Positions 1-9,037 of a stretch of DNA of 64,000 nucleotides are shown here, piece after piece. Origin of the DNA: Candidatus Hydrogenedentota bacterium (GTDB lineage Bacteria; Hydrogenedentota; Hydrogenedentia; Hydrogenedentales; SLHB01); contig BTVY01000013.1 in assembly GCA_045863335.1 (NCBI GenBank), positions 72,612 to 136,611 on the forward strand, given 5' to 3'. Each line of letters begins with the position of its first letter. Position 1 is the first letter of the stretch. A program made the translations under genes and the position numbers. Under the pieces are notes generated by a model. The model worked only from the letters and a program-made list of their open reading frames with translations. It was not told the origin of the DNA and did no database searches.

Positions 1-399
<399 letters not shown>

Positions 400-417
400 T
401 CGTGGCGCTGCGCGCTT

Positions 418-696
418 AAATTCGAAATTCGAATCTCGAAATCCGAAACAAATTCAAAATAGAAATGACCAAAACGATGGGAAGACAGATGTAATCGCGT
501 TAAGGCTCTCGGTGAATAGCACCATCAACCGTCATTCCCACCCCCTTGGCGTGGGAATCCATCTACTGTTCGAAGGCGGCATTGAAACAGTGAAGATGGA
601 CCCCCGCTTTCGCGAGGGTGACGGGGAGAAGTGCTCCGGTTTTGATATTTGAACCTTAGAATTTGTTTCGGATTTCGAGATTCGAATTTTAAATTT
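418..696. repeat. Nested inverted-repeat element: outer 38-bp AT-rich IR (418-455 / 659-696) enclosing an inner REP-like pair (about 530-563 / 594-624)
   Basis: AAATTCGAAATTCGAATCTCGAAATCCGAAACAAATTC and its reverse complement with 2 mismatches; inner CCGTCATTCCC..GGGAATCCATCT / AGATGGACCCCCGCTTTCGCGAGGGTGACGG. Confidence 0.85.
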
Positions 697-752
697 GTCC
701 TTACACGACGGCTTCTTTCGTGGAAGCGCGGAACGATTAGGAGGAGATTCAC

Positions 753-1781
753 ATGGCAGAGATGGGAGTGGGCATCGTCGGCACGGGATGGGTGGCTGGT
801 GAACATATTCGCGCGTTCAATGAGGACCCCAACACGAAGGTCGTGGCCTTGTGCTCGCGCACGGAAGAAGGCGCGAAGGCCAAGGCGGCCGAGTGCGGCA
901 TCCAATGCGACATTTTCACCGACTACGGCAAGATGCTCGATCAGAAAGGCATCGACATCATCGCCATCGCCACGCCGCCCAACGTGCATCGGGACGAGGC
1001 CGTCGGCGCCGCCGAAGCGGGCAAGCACATCCTTCTCGAGAAAGCTATGGCGACAACCCTCGAAGATTCCCGCGCCATCCGCGATGCGGTCGCAAAAGCC
1101 AAGGTCAAAACTGTCGTCAGTTTCGTGCTCCGTTGGAATCCCCTGTTCGACATCATCAAGAAACAACTCGCCGCGAAGACCATCGGCGACGTGTTCCTCG
1201 GCGAAGTCGATTACTTCCACGGCATCGGCCCCTGGTACAAGCAATACGGCTGGAATGTGAAGAAGGACGTCGGCGCCAGCTCGCTCTTGTCCGCGGGATG
1301 TCACGCGCTGGACGCGTTGCGCTATTTCATGGGCGGCGAAATCGCGGAGGTGTTCCAGTACTCCACCTCCGGCAAAGGACCCGACTTCAAAGAGTACGAG
1401 TACGACGCGACCACCTGCACGGTGCTGAAGTTCAAGGATGGACGCATCGGCAAGGTCGCTTCCTGCATCGAGTGCATCCAACCCTATGTGTTCAACATCA
1501 ATCTCGTCGGCACGCGTGGCACGATCAAAAACAACCAGCTGTACTCGAAAGAAACCATGCCGGGGCAGACCGGGTGGGCGACCATTCCGACGATCCTTCC
1601 CGACAGCGGCGACGTGACGCACCATCCCTTCACGCACGAAGTCGCGCACCTCGTGGACTGTATCCAGAACAACAAAGAGTCGCATGCCAACGTGGCGGAT
1701 TCGTTCCTGACGCACGAGGCCTGCTTCGCGGCGGACCTGTCCGGCAAGGAGGGCAAACCCGTTGCCTTGCCCATGGCTTAG
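753..1781 (+). CDS. Gfo/Idh/MocA family NAD(P)-dependent oxidoreductase
   Basis: N-terminal GIVGTGWVA Rossmann motif, AGKHILLEKAMA and GCHALD motifs; AGGAGGAG RBS. Confidence 0.9.
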   Translation: MAEMGVGIVGTGWVAGEHIRAFNEDPNTKVVALCSRTEEGAKAKAAECGIQCDIFTDYGKMLDQKGIDIIAIATPPNVHRDEAVGAAEAGKHILLEKAMATTLEDSRAIRDAVAKAKVKTVVSFVLRWNPLFDIIKKQLAAKTIGDVFLGEVDYFHGIGPWYKQYGWNVKKDVGASSLLSAGCHALDALRYFMGGEIAEVFQYSTSGKGPDFKEYEYDATTCTVLKFKDGRIGKVASCIECIQPYVFNINLVGTRGTIKNNQLYSKETMPGQTGWATIPTILPDSGDVTHHPFTHEVAHLVDCIQNNKESHANVADSFLTHEACFAADLSGKEGKPVALPMA

Positions 1782-1796
1782 AATCGAGTCTTTCAC

Positions 1797-2735
1797 GTGA
1801 AGCAGTTCATATCCAGGAACGCGCTGATACTGGGCATGGCCGCGGTCTGCATCGCCCTGGCCATGCTTACACCGAGTTTTGCTTCCCCTGACAACCTGAC
1901 CAACGTGGCGCGGCGCATCAGCGCCGTCAGCATCGTGGCCGTCGGCGAAACGCTCGTCATCATCACGGCGGGGATTGACCTCTCCGTCGGCAGCGTTGCG
2001 GCCCTGGCCGCCTGCGTATCGGGAATCGTCATCCGCGAATACGGATACAGCGTCCCCGTGGGTATCTTCGCGGGCATCCTGGCGGGGCTGACCTGCGGCC
2101 TCATCAACGGGCTTCTGTCCACGAAGGGGCGCATCCCTTCATTCATCGTCACCCTCGGCATGATGCTGGCCGCGCGCGGTGCGGCGCATCTATTAACGGG
2201 CGGCGCCACGATTACCGGGCTTCCCGAGGCCTACCGCTTCCTCGGCGGCACGAGGTACTGGTTTGTCCCCTTCATCGTGACGCTGATCGTTGTCGCCATT
2301 TTCGCGGTGGTGCTTATGTACACCCGGTACGGCCGCGAAATCTACGCCACGGGCGGCAACCTCAGCGGCGCACGGTTGTCCGGTATTCCGGTAGATCGCG
2401 TGCGCATCGTCGCATTCACCTTGGGCGGCATGCTCGCCGGATTCGGCGGGGTGGTCATGGCGTCGCGGGCCGGCGTGGCCACACCCACGATGGCTGAGGG
2501 CATGGAACTCGACGCGATCGCGGCTTGCGTCGTCGGGGGCGCCAGTCTCATGGGCGGCGAAGGTGGCGCGGTGGGCGCGTTGATCGGCGCGTTAATCATC
2601 GGCACGCTGGTCAACATCTGCCAGTTGAACGGCATGTCCGACGAGTGGCAGCGCATCGTCGTCGGCGTGTTGATCGTTGTCCTCGTATTCTTTGATAACA
2701 TGCGTAAACGCCGCGCCGGGAAGTTGAAGGAGTAG
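1797..2735 (+). CDS. Monosaccharide ABC transporter permease (RbsC-like)
   Basis: GIDLSVGS, IPSFIVTLG, GGN..ARLSGI and ELDAIAACVVGGASL motifs; highly hydrophobic. Confidence 0.93.
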   Translation: MKQFISRNALILGMAAVCIALAMLTPSFASPDNLTNVARRISAVSIVAVGETLVIITAGIDLSVGSVAALAACVSGIVIREYGYSVPVGIFAGILAGLTCGLINGLLSTKGRIPSFIVTLGMMLAARGAAHLLTGGATITGLPEAYRFLGGTRYWFVPFIVTLIVVAIFAVVLMYTRYGREIYATGGNLSGARLSGIPVDRVRIVAFTLGGMLAGFGGVVMASRAGVATPTMAEGMELDAIAACVVGGASLMGGEGGAVGALIGALIIGTLVNICQLNGMSDEWQRIVVGVLIVVLVFFDNMRKRRAGKLKE

Positions 2736-2738
2736 CAA

Positions 2739-2904
2739 GGAGGGCGGGTTTTCCAATCCGCCAAGCCCCGCGCTCAGGACATCCTCTATCGACGAAGTAA
2801 CAACAAGAAACTTATGGCGGGCAATATCCATACAATCGCGGGACTCTTGGTGCTTGAGACTTAAACGTATTCGTTGGCGTGGCGGGTTGGAAAACCCGCC
2901 CTCC
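2739..2904. repeat. Inverted pair of GGAG-headed REP-like palindromes (REPIN-like)
   Basis: GGAGGGCGGGTTTTCCAATCCGCCA (2739-2763) and TGGCGGGTTGGAAAACCCGCCCTCC (2880-2904); same family at 46546-46650. Confidence 0.85.
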
Positions 2905-2924
2905 GGTAAGAGGGAGAACTCATT

Positions 2925-3911
2925 ATGACACGCGTACTCGTCGGTCTTCTGGCCGTATTGACCATTCTGGGTTGCGGACAACCCGCGCAAGATTCCGGCA
3001 CCGCGTCTACGGGCGACGGTGCGGCGGCGGGCGACGCCAAGCTCTCCTTCGCGGTGATCCCCAAGGGTCTCAGCCACGAATTCTGGTTGACCGTCAAAAA
3101 GGGCGCAGAGACCGCCGGCGAAGAGTTGGGCGTGGAGATCATATGGATCGGTCCGGAGAAGGAGACCGATGTGATCAAGCAGATCAACATCGTCGAGGAC
3201 ATGATCGGCCGCGGTGTGGACGCCATTGTCATGGCGGCTTGCGATCAGGACGCGCTGGTAGAGGTGATCCAGCGCGCGGACACCAAGGGCATTCCCGTGG
3301 TGACCATCGATTCGGGCGTCAATTCAGATGTTCCGGTTTCCTTCGTCGCGACCGACAACATCGCCGGCGCCGAAGCGGCCGCGCGGGAACTCGCCCGACT
3401 CATTGGCGAAGAAGGATCGGTGGGGCTTATCCCCTTCGTCAAAGGGGCCGCGACCTCCGAGTTGCGCGAAGAAGGATTCAAGAAGGGGATCGCGGCCTTT
3501 CCGAACATCACGATTGCGGACACCCAGCATTGCCAAAGCGACGTCAACAAGGCAATGAACGTTACTGAGGATATGCTGACGGCCTATCCGGACATGAAGG
3601 GTCTCTTCGCGACGAACGAGCCCGCTGCCATCGGCGCGGCGCAAGCGGTCGAAGCAGCGGGACGCGGAGGCGAGTTCAAAATCGTCGCCTTCGACGCGTC
3701 GCCAAACGAGTTGGCCGCCCTCGAACGCGGCACCATCCACGCGCTCATCGTGCAGAATCCGTTCAAGATGGGATACCTCGGCGTGAAGACCGCCTACGAC
3801 AAGCTTCAGGGCAATCCCGTCGAAGCGCGCGTCGATACCGGCGTGGAAGTCATCACGCAGGAGAATCTCAACGATCCCGAAATCCAGAAACTCCTGCACC
3901 CGCTGGGGTAG
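2925..3911 (+). CDS. Sugar ABC transporter substrate-binding lipoprotein (RbsB-like)
   Basis: Lipobox ILGC; IPK..HEFW, GIPVVTIDS, VATDN and VQNPFKMGY motifs. Confidence 0.92.
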   Translation: MTRVLVGLLAVLTILGCGQPAQDSGTASTGDGAAAGDAKLSFAVIPKGLSHEFWLTVKKGAETAGEELGVEIIWIGPEKETDVIKQINIVEDMIGRGVDAIVMAACDQDALVEVIQRADTKGIPVVTIDSGVNSDVPVSFVATDNIAGAEAAARELARLIGEEGSVGLIPFVKGAATSELREEGFKKGIAAFPNITIADTQHCQSDVNKAMNVTEDMLTAYPDMKGLFATNEPAAIGAAQAVEAAGRGGEFKIVAFDASPNELAALERGTIHALIVQNPFKMGYLGVKTAYDKLQGNPVEARVDTGVEVITQENLNDPEIQKLLHPLG

Positions 3912-3922
3912 GGAACATTCGT

Positions 3923-4049
3923 CCACAGATTACACAGATTTGCACAGATTGAAGACGGGCCGAACGCTACGAACGTTGTCCAGCTTGCGGCCGATTCCGG
4001 GGGTGAGCGTGAATCTCCCTTGAATTTGAATCTGTGCAAATCTGTGGAC
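3923..4049. repeat. Inverted pair of short-period tandem repeats (CACAGATT units)
   Basis: CCACAGATTACACAGATTTGCACAGATT ... AATCTGTGCAAATCTGTGGA. Confidence 0.75.
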
Positions 4050-4094
4050 ATTTCGCTTTTGCACCGATAGGAACCCTGTGCCATACTGCGTCCC

Positions 4095-5669
4095 ATGAGC
4101 AATCAACCAGGTTCTACGACTCTTTCCCGACGCGATTTGTTCAAGACCGGCATTGCTGCGGGCGCGGCAGTAGCACTGACGAGCGGCCGCACGCAGGCGG
4201 TGGAGTTGCCCGGCCTGAACAAGCCCAACATCCTCTTCATCATGACGGACCAGCAGCGCGGCGACTGCGTAGGCGCCGCGGGGAACCCGTCCATCAAGAC
4301 GCCGAATCTGGATCGTCTTGCCAACGAAGGCATCCTGTTCCGCAACGCCTACTCCTGCGTGCCTTCGTGCACGCCCGCGCGCGCGGCGCTCTTGACCGGG
4401 CTCGCGCCCTGGCGCAACGGTATGCTCGGGTACGGCCGCGTCGGTGAAGGATACGCCATCGAAATGCCCCAGGCTCTGCGCGACGCCGGGTATTACACGA
4501 CCGGCATCGGCAAGATGCACTGGCATCCGCAACGGCACACGCATGGGTTCCACCGGACCATCCTTGACGAATCGGGTCGCGAACAATCCATTGAGTTCCG
4601 AAGCGATTACCGCGCGTGGTTGTACTCGAAGGATCCCTCCGTCGATCCCGACGCGACCGGTCTCGGCTGGAACGATTACCGGGGCTGGCAATACAAGCTG
4701 CCCGAGGAGTATCACCCGACTCATTGGACGGGAGATACTGCGCGCCATTTCATCGAAACCTACGACCGGCCCGAACCGTTCTTTTTGAAAGTGTCCTTCT
4801 CGCGCCCCCACAGTCCTTACGATGCGCCCCCGCGGTTCTGGGATATGTATGAGAATGCCAACCTCCCCGAAGCGAGCGTCGGCGACTGGGCGGATCGCTA
4901 TGCGCCGCGCAGCGACGATTCCGACAACATCTGGCACGGCGACATGGGCGCGGACCAGGTGCGCAAATCGCGACAGGGGTATTACGGGAACATCACGTTT
5001 ATCGATGAGAAGGTCGGCGAAATTCTGACCGCCCTCGACAAACGAGGGATGATGGAGAACACACTCATTGTGTTTACCTCCGACCACGGCGACATGGTGG
5101 GCGACCACCACATGTGGCGAAAAAGCTACGCCTACGAAGGCTCGGCCAACGTGCCCATGATTGTGCGCTGGCCGAAGGGCACGCTCTCCGAAGACCGCGG
5201 CCGCGTGCTCCAACATCCGGTCGAGCTGCGCGACGTCCTGCCCACGTTCATGGATGCGGCGGGAATTCCGGGCGCGGAAACGCTGGACGGTAAAAGCATG
5301 TTGTCGCTGGTCAAAGACAGCGATGCGGAGTGGCGGCCGTACATCGACCTCGAACACGACCGTTGCTACGCGCCGGAAAACCACTGGACCGCGGTCACCG
5401 ACGGACACAGCAAGTTCATCTTCCACTGCGAGACCGGCGAAGAGCAGTTCTTCGATCTCGACGCCGACCGTGGCGAAAAGAAGAACCTCGCTCAGGATCC
5501 GCAGTACGCCGAGCGCGTCGCGGAATGGCGGCAGCGCATGATCGATCATTTATCCGAACGCGGCGAACCCTTCGTGAAAGACGGCAAACTCGCCGTGCGC
5601 CAGGAGTCGCACCTCTATTCACCGAACTGGCCCGGCTGCAAATGCCACGGCACGAATCGTCGCGCGTAA
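4095..5669 (+). CDS. Tat-exported formylglycine-dependent sulfatase
   Basis: SRRDLFK Tat motif; PNILFIMTDQ, CTPAR (CxPxR), GKMH and TSDHG motifs. Confidence 0.93.
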   Translation: MSNQPGSTTLSRRDLFKTGIAAGAAVALTSGRTQAVELPGLNKPNILFIMTDQQRGDCVGAAGNPSIKTPNLDRLANEGILFRNAYSCVPSCTPARAALLTGLAPWRNGMLGYGRVGEGYAIEMPQALRDAGYYTTGIGKMHWHPQRHTHGFHRTILDESGREQSIEFRSDYRAWLYSKDPSVDPDATGLGWNDYRGWQYKLPEEYHPTHWTGDTARHFIETYDRPEPFFLKVSFSRPHSPYDAPPRFWDMYENANLPEASVGDWADRYAPRSDDSDNIWHGDMGADQVRKSRQGYYGNITFIDEKVGEILTALDKRGMMENTLIVFTSDHGDMVGDHHMWRKSYAYEGSANVPMIVRWPKGTLSEDRGRVLQHPVELRDVLPTFMDAAGIPGAETLDGKSMLSLVKDSDAEWRPYIDLEHDRCYAPENHWTAVTDGHSKFIFHCETGEEQFFDLDADRGEKKNLAQDPQYAERVAEWRQRMIDHLSERGEPFVKDGKLAVRQESHLYSPNWPGCKCHGTNRRA

Positions 5670-5714
5670 TCGCCCGTTCACATCAAATTCATCCATAGCA
5701 GGAGCACAGGCAGC

Positions 5715-6023
5715 ATGTTCATCGTACATGTCAACGTTCGCGTGAAAGACGACTGCGTCGAAGCATTTCGCGATGCGACGCTGGAGAACGCGCGGCAGAG
5801 CATTCAGGAGCCGGGGATCGCACGGTTCGATGTCATTCAACAGGTCGACGATCCGACGCGCTTCGTGTTGGTTGAGGTATACCGCACCTTCGGCGATCCC
5901 GCGCGGCACAAGGAAACGGCTCATTATCAGAAATGGCGCGACGCGGTCGAGCCCATGATGGCGGAACCCCGCCAGAGCGTGAAGTACAACAACTGTTTCC
6001 CCGACGATCCCGGTTGGGGATGA
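5715..6023 (+). CDS. Antibiotic biosynthesis monooxygenase (ABM) family protein, LsrG/YgiN-like
   Basis: EPG..RFDV, FVLVEVY and HKETAHY motifs; 102 aa; AGGAG RBS. Confidence 0.88.
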   Translation: MFIVHVNVRVKDDCVEAFRDATLENARQSIQEPGIARFDVIQQVDDPTRFVLVEVYRTFGDPARHKETAHYQKWRDAVEPMMAEPRQSVKYNNCFPDDPGWG

Positions 6024-6079
6024 CGAGCAGGAATCGACGTGGGGGCGCTTCGAGGTCTCGCACGGGGAGTGGGTCCATC

Positions 6080-7480
6080 ATGCACAAACCGACTCGCAGG
6101 ACGTTCATGCAATCCGCTGTGCTCGGAAGCGCGGCCCTCGCCGGCGCCTACCGAGCCAACGCGCAAGACGCGCCCGAGCGCCCGAACATCGTCTTCCTCT
6201 TCTCCGACGATCACAGCGTTCCGGACCTCGGCTGTTACGGGAACGACACGATTCGCACGCCCAACCTCGATGCCCTTGCCGCGGCGGGTATGCGCTTCGA
6301 TCGCGCCTACGTCACCAGCCCGCAATGCAGCCCCAGCCGCGCGAGCATCCTGACCGGCCGCTCGCCGCACGCGGTGGGCGCATCGCGTCTTCACGTGAAC
6401 GCCTATCCCGACGCCGCAAGCATTCCAACCTTGCTCAAAGAAGCCGGATACTTCACTGGCGCGTTTCGCAAGGTCTATCAAGGCGTCATTCAAAGGCAGT
6501 TCGATTTCTACGGCGGTAACAAGGTCCCCTTCGCCAAGTTCTTCGAGGAGCGTCCGAAGGACAAGCCCTTCTTCCTGTGGTTCGGGTCAACCGACCCGCA
6601 TCGTGACTACGAGCCGGGCGCCGTCGATCCGCCGCACGATCCCGAGTCCGTGAAGGTGCCGCCCCATCTTCCCGATACGCCGGAAGTGCGGCGGGATATC
6701 GCGTTGTATTACGACGAGATCGGCCGTTTCGATCGCGAATGCGGAGAATTGCTCGCGCTGCTGGACGAACATGGATTGGCAGACAATACGCTCGTGGTCA
6801 TGTCCGGCGACAACGGCCGGCCCTTTCCCCGTGCCAAAGCGACCGTGTACGAACCGGGCATCCACGTCCCGTTGCTGGCGCGCTGGCCGGGGCGCATCGA
6901 AGCGGGACGCTCGACGAACACCCTCGTCTCGCTTATGGACCTCGCGGCGACATGGCTCGACGTGGCCGGTGCAACCATCCCGGACGCGATGGAGTCCGTG
7001 TCGCTGGTACCCCTCCTGCGGGGCGACGTGGACCGCGTCCACGAATATGTCTTCTGCGAGCGCAACTGGCACGACAACTGGGATCCCATTCGCAGCGTCG
7101 TCGGGGAGCGGTACAAGTTGATCCAGAATTACCGGCCCGAAGTGGGCCATCTGAACAGCCTCGATCTCCTGCGGTCGCCGAGTTTCGAGTCCATCCGCCT
7201 GCTGGCTGAATCCGGCGAACTGAAAGAACCGCATACCTGGTATCTGAACGATTCAAAACCTCGCGTCGAGTTCTACGACCTCGAATCGGATCCCGGCGAG
7301 TGGCACAACCTTGCCGGCGATCCCGGCCAGGCCGATCGAATCGCTGCGATGCAACAAGCCCTCGGAAAGTGGATGAACGCGACGCACGACTTTCTGCCGC
7401 CGCCCGCCTCCGCCGCCGGAGGCCCGTACAAAGACACACTCGATGGGGAAGCCCGCTGGTGGAACGAGGATCCGCAATGA
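6080..7480 (+). CDS. Tat-exported sulfatase (N-sulfoglucosamine sulfohydrolase-like)
   Basis: Start moved to MHKPTRRTF (Tat); PNIVFLFSDD, CSPSR, DPHR and GDNG motifs; ATGA overlap with next gene. Confidence 0.9.
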   Translation: MHKPTRRTFMQSAVLGSAALAGAYRANAQDAPERPNIVFLFSDDHSVPDLGCYGNDTIRTPNLDALAAAGMRFDRAYVTSPQCSPSRASILTGRSPHAVGASRLHVNAYPDAASIPTLLKEAGYFTGAFRKVYQGVIQRQFDFYGGNKVPFAKFFEERPKDKPFFLWFGSTDPHRDYEPGAVDPPHDPESVKVPPHLPDTPEVRRDIALYYDEIGRFDRECGELLALLDEHGLADNTLVVMSGDNGRPFPRAKATVYEPGIHVPLLARWPGRIEAGRSTNTLVSLMDLAATWLDVAGATIPDAMESVSLVPLLRGDVDRVHEYVFCERNWHDNWDPIRSVVGERYKLIQNYRPEVGHLNSLDLLRSPSFESIRLLAESGELKEPHTWYLNDSKPRVEFYDLESDPGEWHNLAGDPGQADRIAAMQQALGKWMNATHDFLPPPASAAGGPYKDTLDGEARWWNEDPQ

Positions 7481-8853
7481 ACGACAAGCCGAACGACGCA
7501 ACGATGCACCGAAACCTGAACCGGCGCGATTTTATGCGAGCGGGCGCGTCCGCGAGCGCGGCACTGCTGGCCGGTCGCGCGGCCTACGCAGCCATACCCG
7601 AGTCGCTGGGCTCCGCACCGGAGCTGCCTTTCGCCGCGCCACCCATCGAGAACGTGCGGATCGGATTCGTCGGCGTGGGCAACATGGGAACCAATCACGT
7701 ACGCAACCTGCTGAAGATCGAGGGCTGCCAGATTACCGCCGTGTGCGACATCGTCGAGTCCAAGGTAGCCGCCGCGCAGCAGTTGGTGGTAGACGCAGGC
7801 TTTCCGAAACCTGCCGGATACGCCAATGGCGAAACCGACTTCCAACGTATGTGCGCCGAGGAGGATTTGGACCTTGTGTTCACCGCGACACCCTGGCGCT
7901 GGCACGTCCCCGTGTGCGTGGCTGCCATGGAAAACGGCAAGCACGCGGCAACGGAGGTCCCCGCGGCGGTGACGATTGAAGAATGCTGGCAACTCGTGGA
8001 AACCGCGGAGAAGCAGCAGAAGCATTGCATCATGATGGAAAATTGCTGCTACGGTCGAGCCGAGATGCAGATCCTGCTCATGGTACGGCGCGGGGTCTTC
8101 GGCGATCTCCTGCACGGCGAGGGGGCGTACTTGCACGACCTGCGCGAGTTTAAATTCTCTTTCGGCGAACAAGGCCGCTGGCGCCGCGAACTCAGCATGA
8201 CGCGGAATGGAAACCTCTATCCCACGCACGGTCTCGGTCCTATCGCGCAATGCATGAACATCAATCGCGGCGACCGGTTCAGCTATATGGTTTCCATGAG
8301 CGCGCCGTCCATGGGGTTGCGGCGCTTCGCCGAGGAACACTTTCCGGAAGACGACCCGCGACGGGCCGAAACCTTCGTGAACGGCGATTACAGCACCAGC
8401 ATCATCAAGACTGAACTGGGAAGAACGATCGTCGTCCAATACACCTGCGACGCACCGCGGCCATACAGCCGACTCAATCTACTGCAAGGCACCAGGGCGA
8501 TCACCGAGGGATTTCCCGATCGCATCTACATTGAGGGGCGAAGTCCCAAGGACACGTGGGAACCGTTGGAGCAGTACCGGCCCGAGTTTGAGCATCCCTT
8601 GTGGGGCCAAATCGGCGCGGATGCCACCGGCGCGGGGCACGGCGGGATGGACTTCCTGGAGAATTACCGGCTCATCAAGTGCCTGCGCGAAGGATTGCCC
8701 CTCGATATGGACGTTTATGACGCGGCCGCGTGGACCGTCGTCGGCCCGTTGAGCGAACAATCGGTTGCTCATCGCGCTGAAACGGTGGATTTCCCCGATT
8801 TCACCCGGGGGCGTTGGAAGCATTGGCAGCCCATCGGGATCGTGGACGCGTAA
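7477..8853 (+). CDS. Tat-exported NAD-dependent glycosidase, GH109 (alpha-N-acetylgalactosaminidase-like)
   Basis: NRRDF Tat motif; GKHAATEVP, MMENCCY, GNLYPTHG and GHGGMD motifs typical of GH109. Confidence 0.88.
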   Translation: MNDKPNDATMHRNLNRRDFMRAGASASAALLAGRAAYAAIPESLGSAPELPFAAPPIENVRIGFVGVGNMGTNHVRNLLKIEGCQITAVCDIVESKVAAAQQLVVDAGFPKPAGYANGETDFQRMCAEEDLDLVFTATPWRWHVPVCVAAMENGKHAATEVPAAVTIEECWQLVETAEKQQKHCIMMENCCYGRAEMQILLMVRRGVFGDLLHGEGAYLHDLREFKFSFGEQGRWRRELSMTRNGNLYPTHGLGPIAQCMNINRGDRFSYMVSMSAPSMGLRRFAEEHFPEDDPRRAETFVNGDYSTSIIKTELGRTIVVQYTCDAPRPYSRLNLLQGTRAITEGFPDRIYIEGRSPKDTWEPLEQYRPEFEHPLWGQIGADATGAGHGGMDFLENYRLIKCLREGLPLDMDVYDAAAWTVVGPLSEQSVAHRAETVDFPDFTRGRWKHWQPIGIVDA

Positions 8854-9037
8854 CGTGCGCAAAACCATTCCGTTCGGCGTGTATTGAACCCGGCCCCAAA
8901 GCCGGGTAAGCTACCCTTCCCCTGAAAACGTGCTATCGTCCCACCACCAGCGGGTGCGCCGCAGCACAGAATCCGCGCGTATCTATCAGGGAAATGCTGT
9001 GAACGATCCGCGCATACGTGAAAGGTATTCTGTACTC

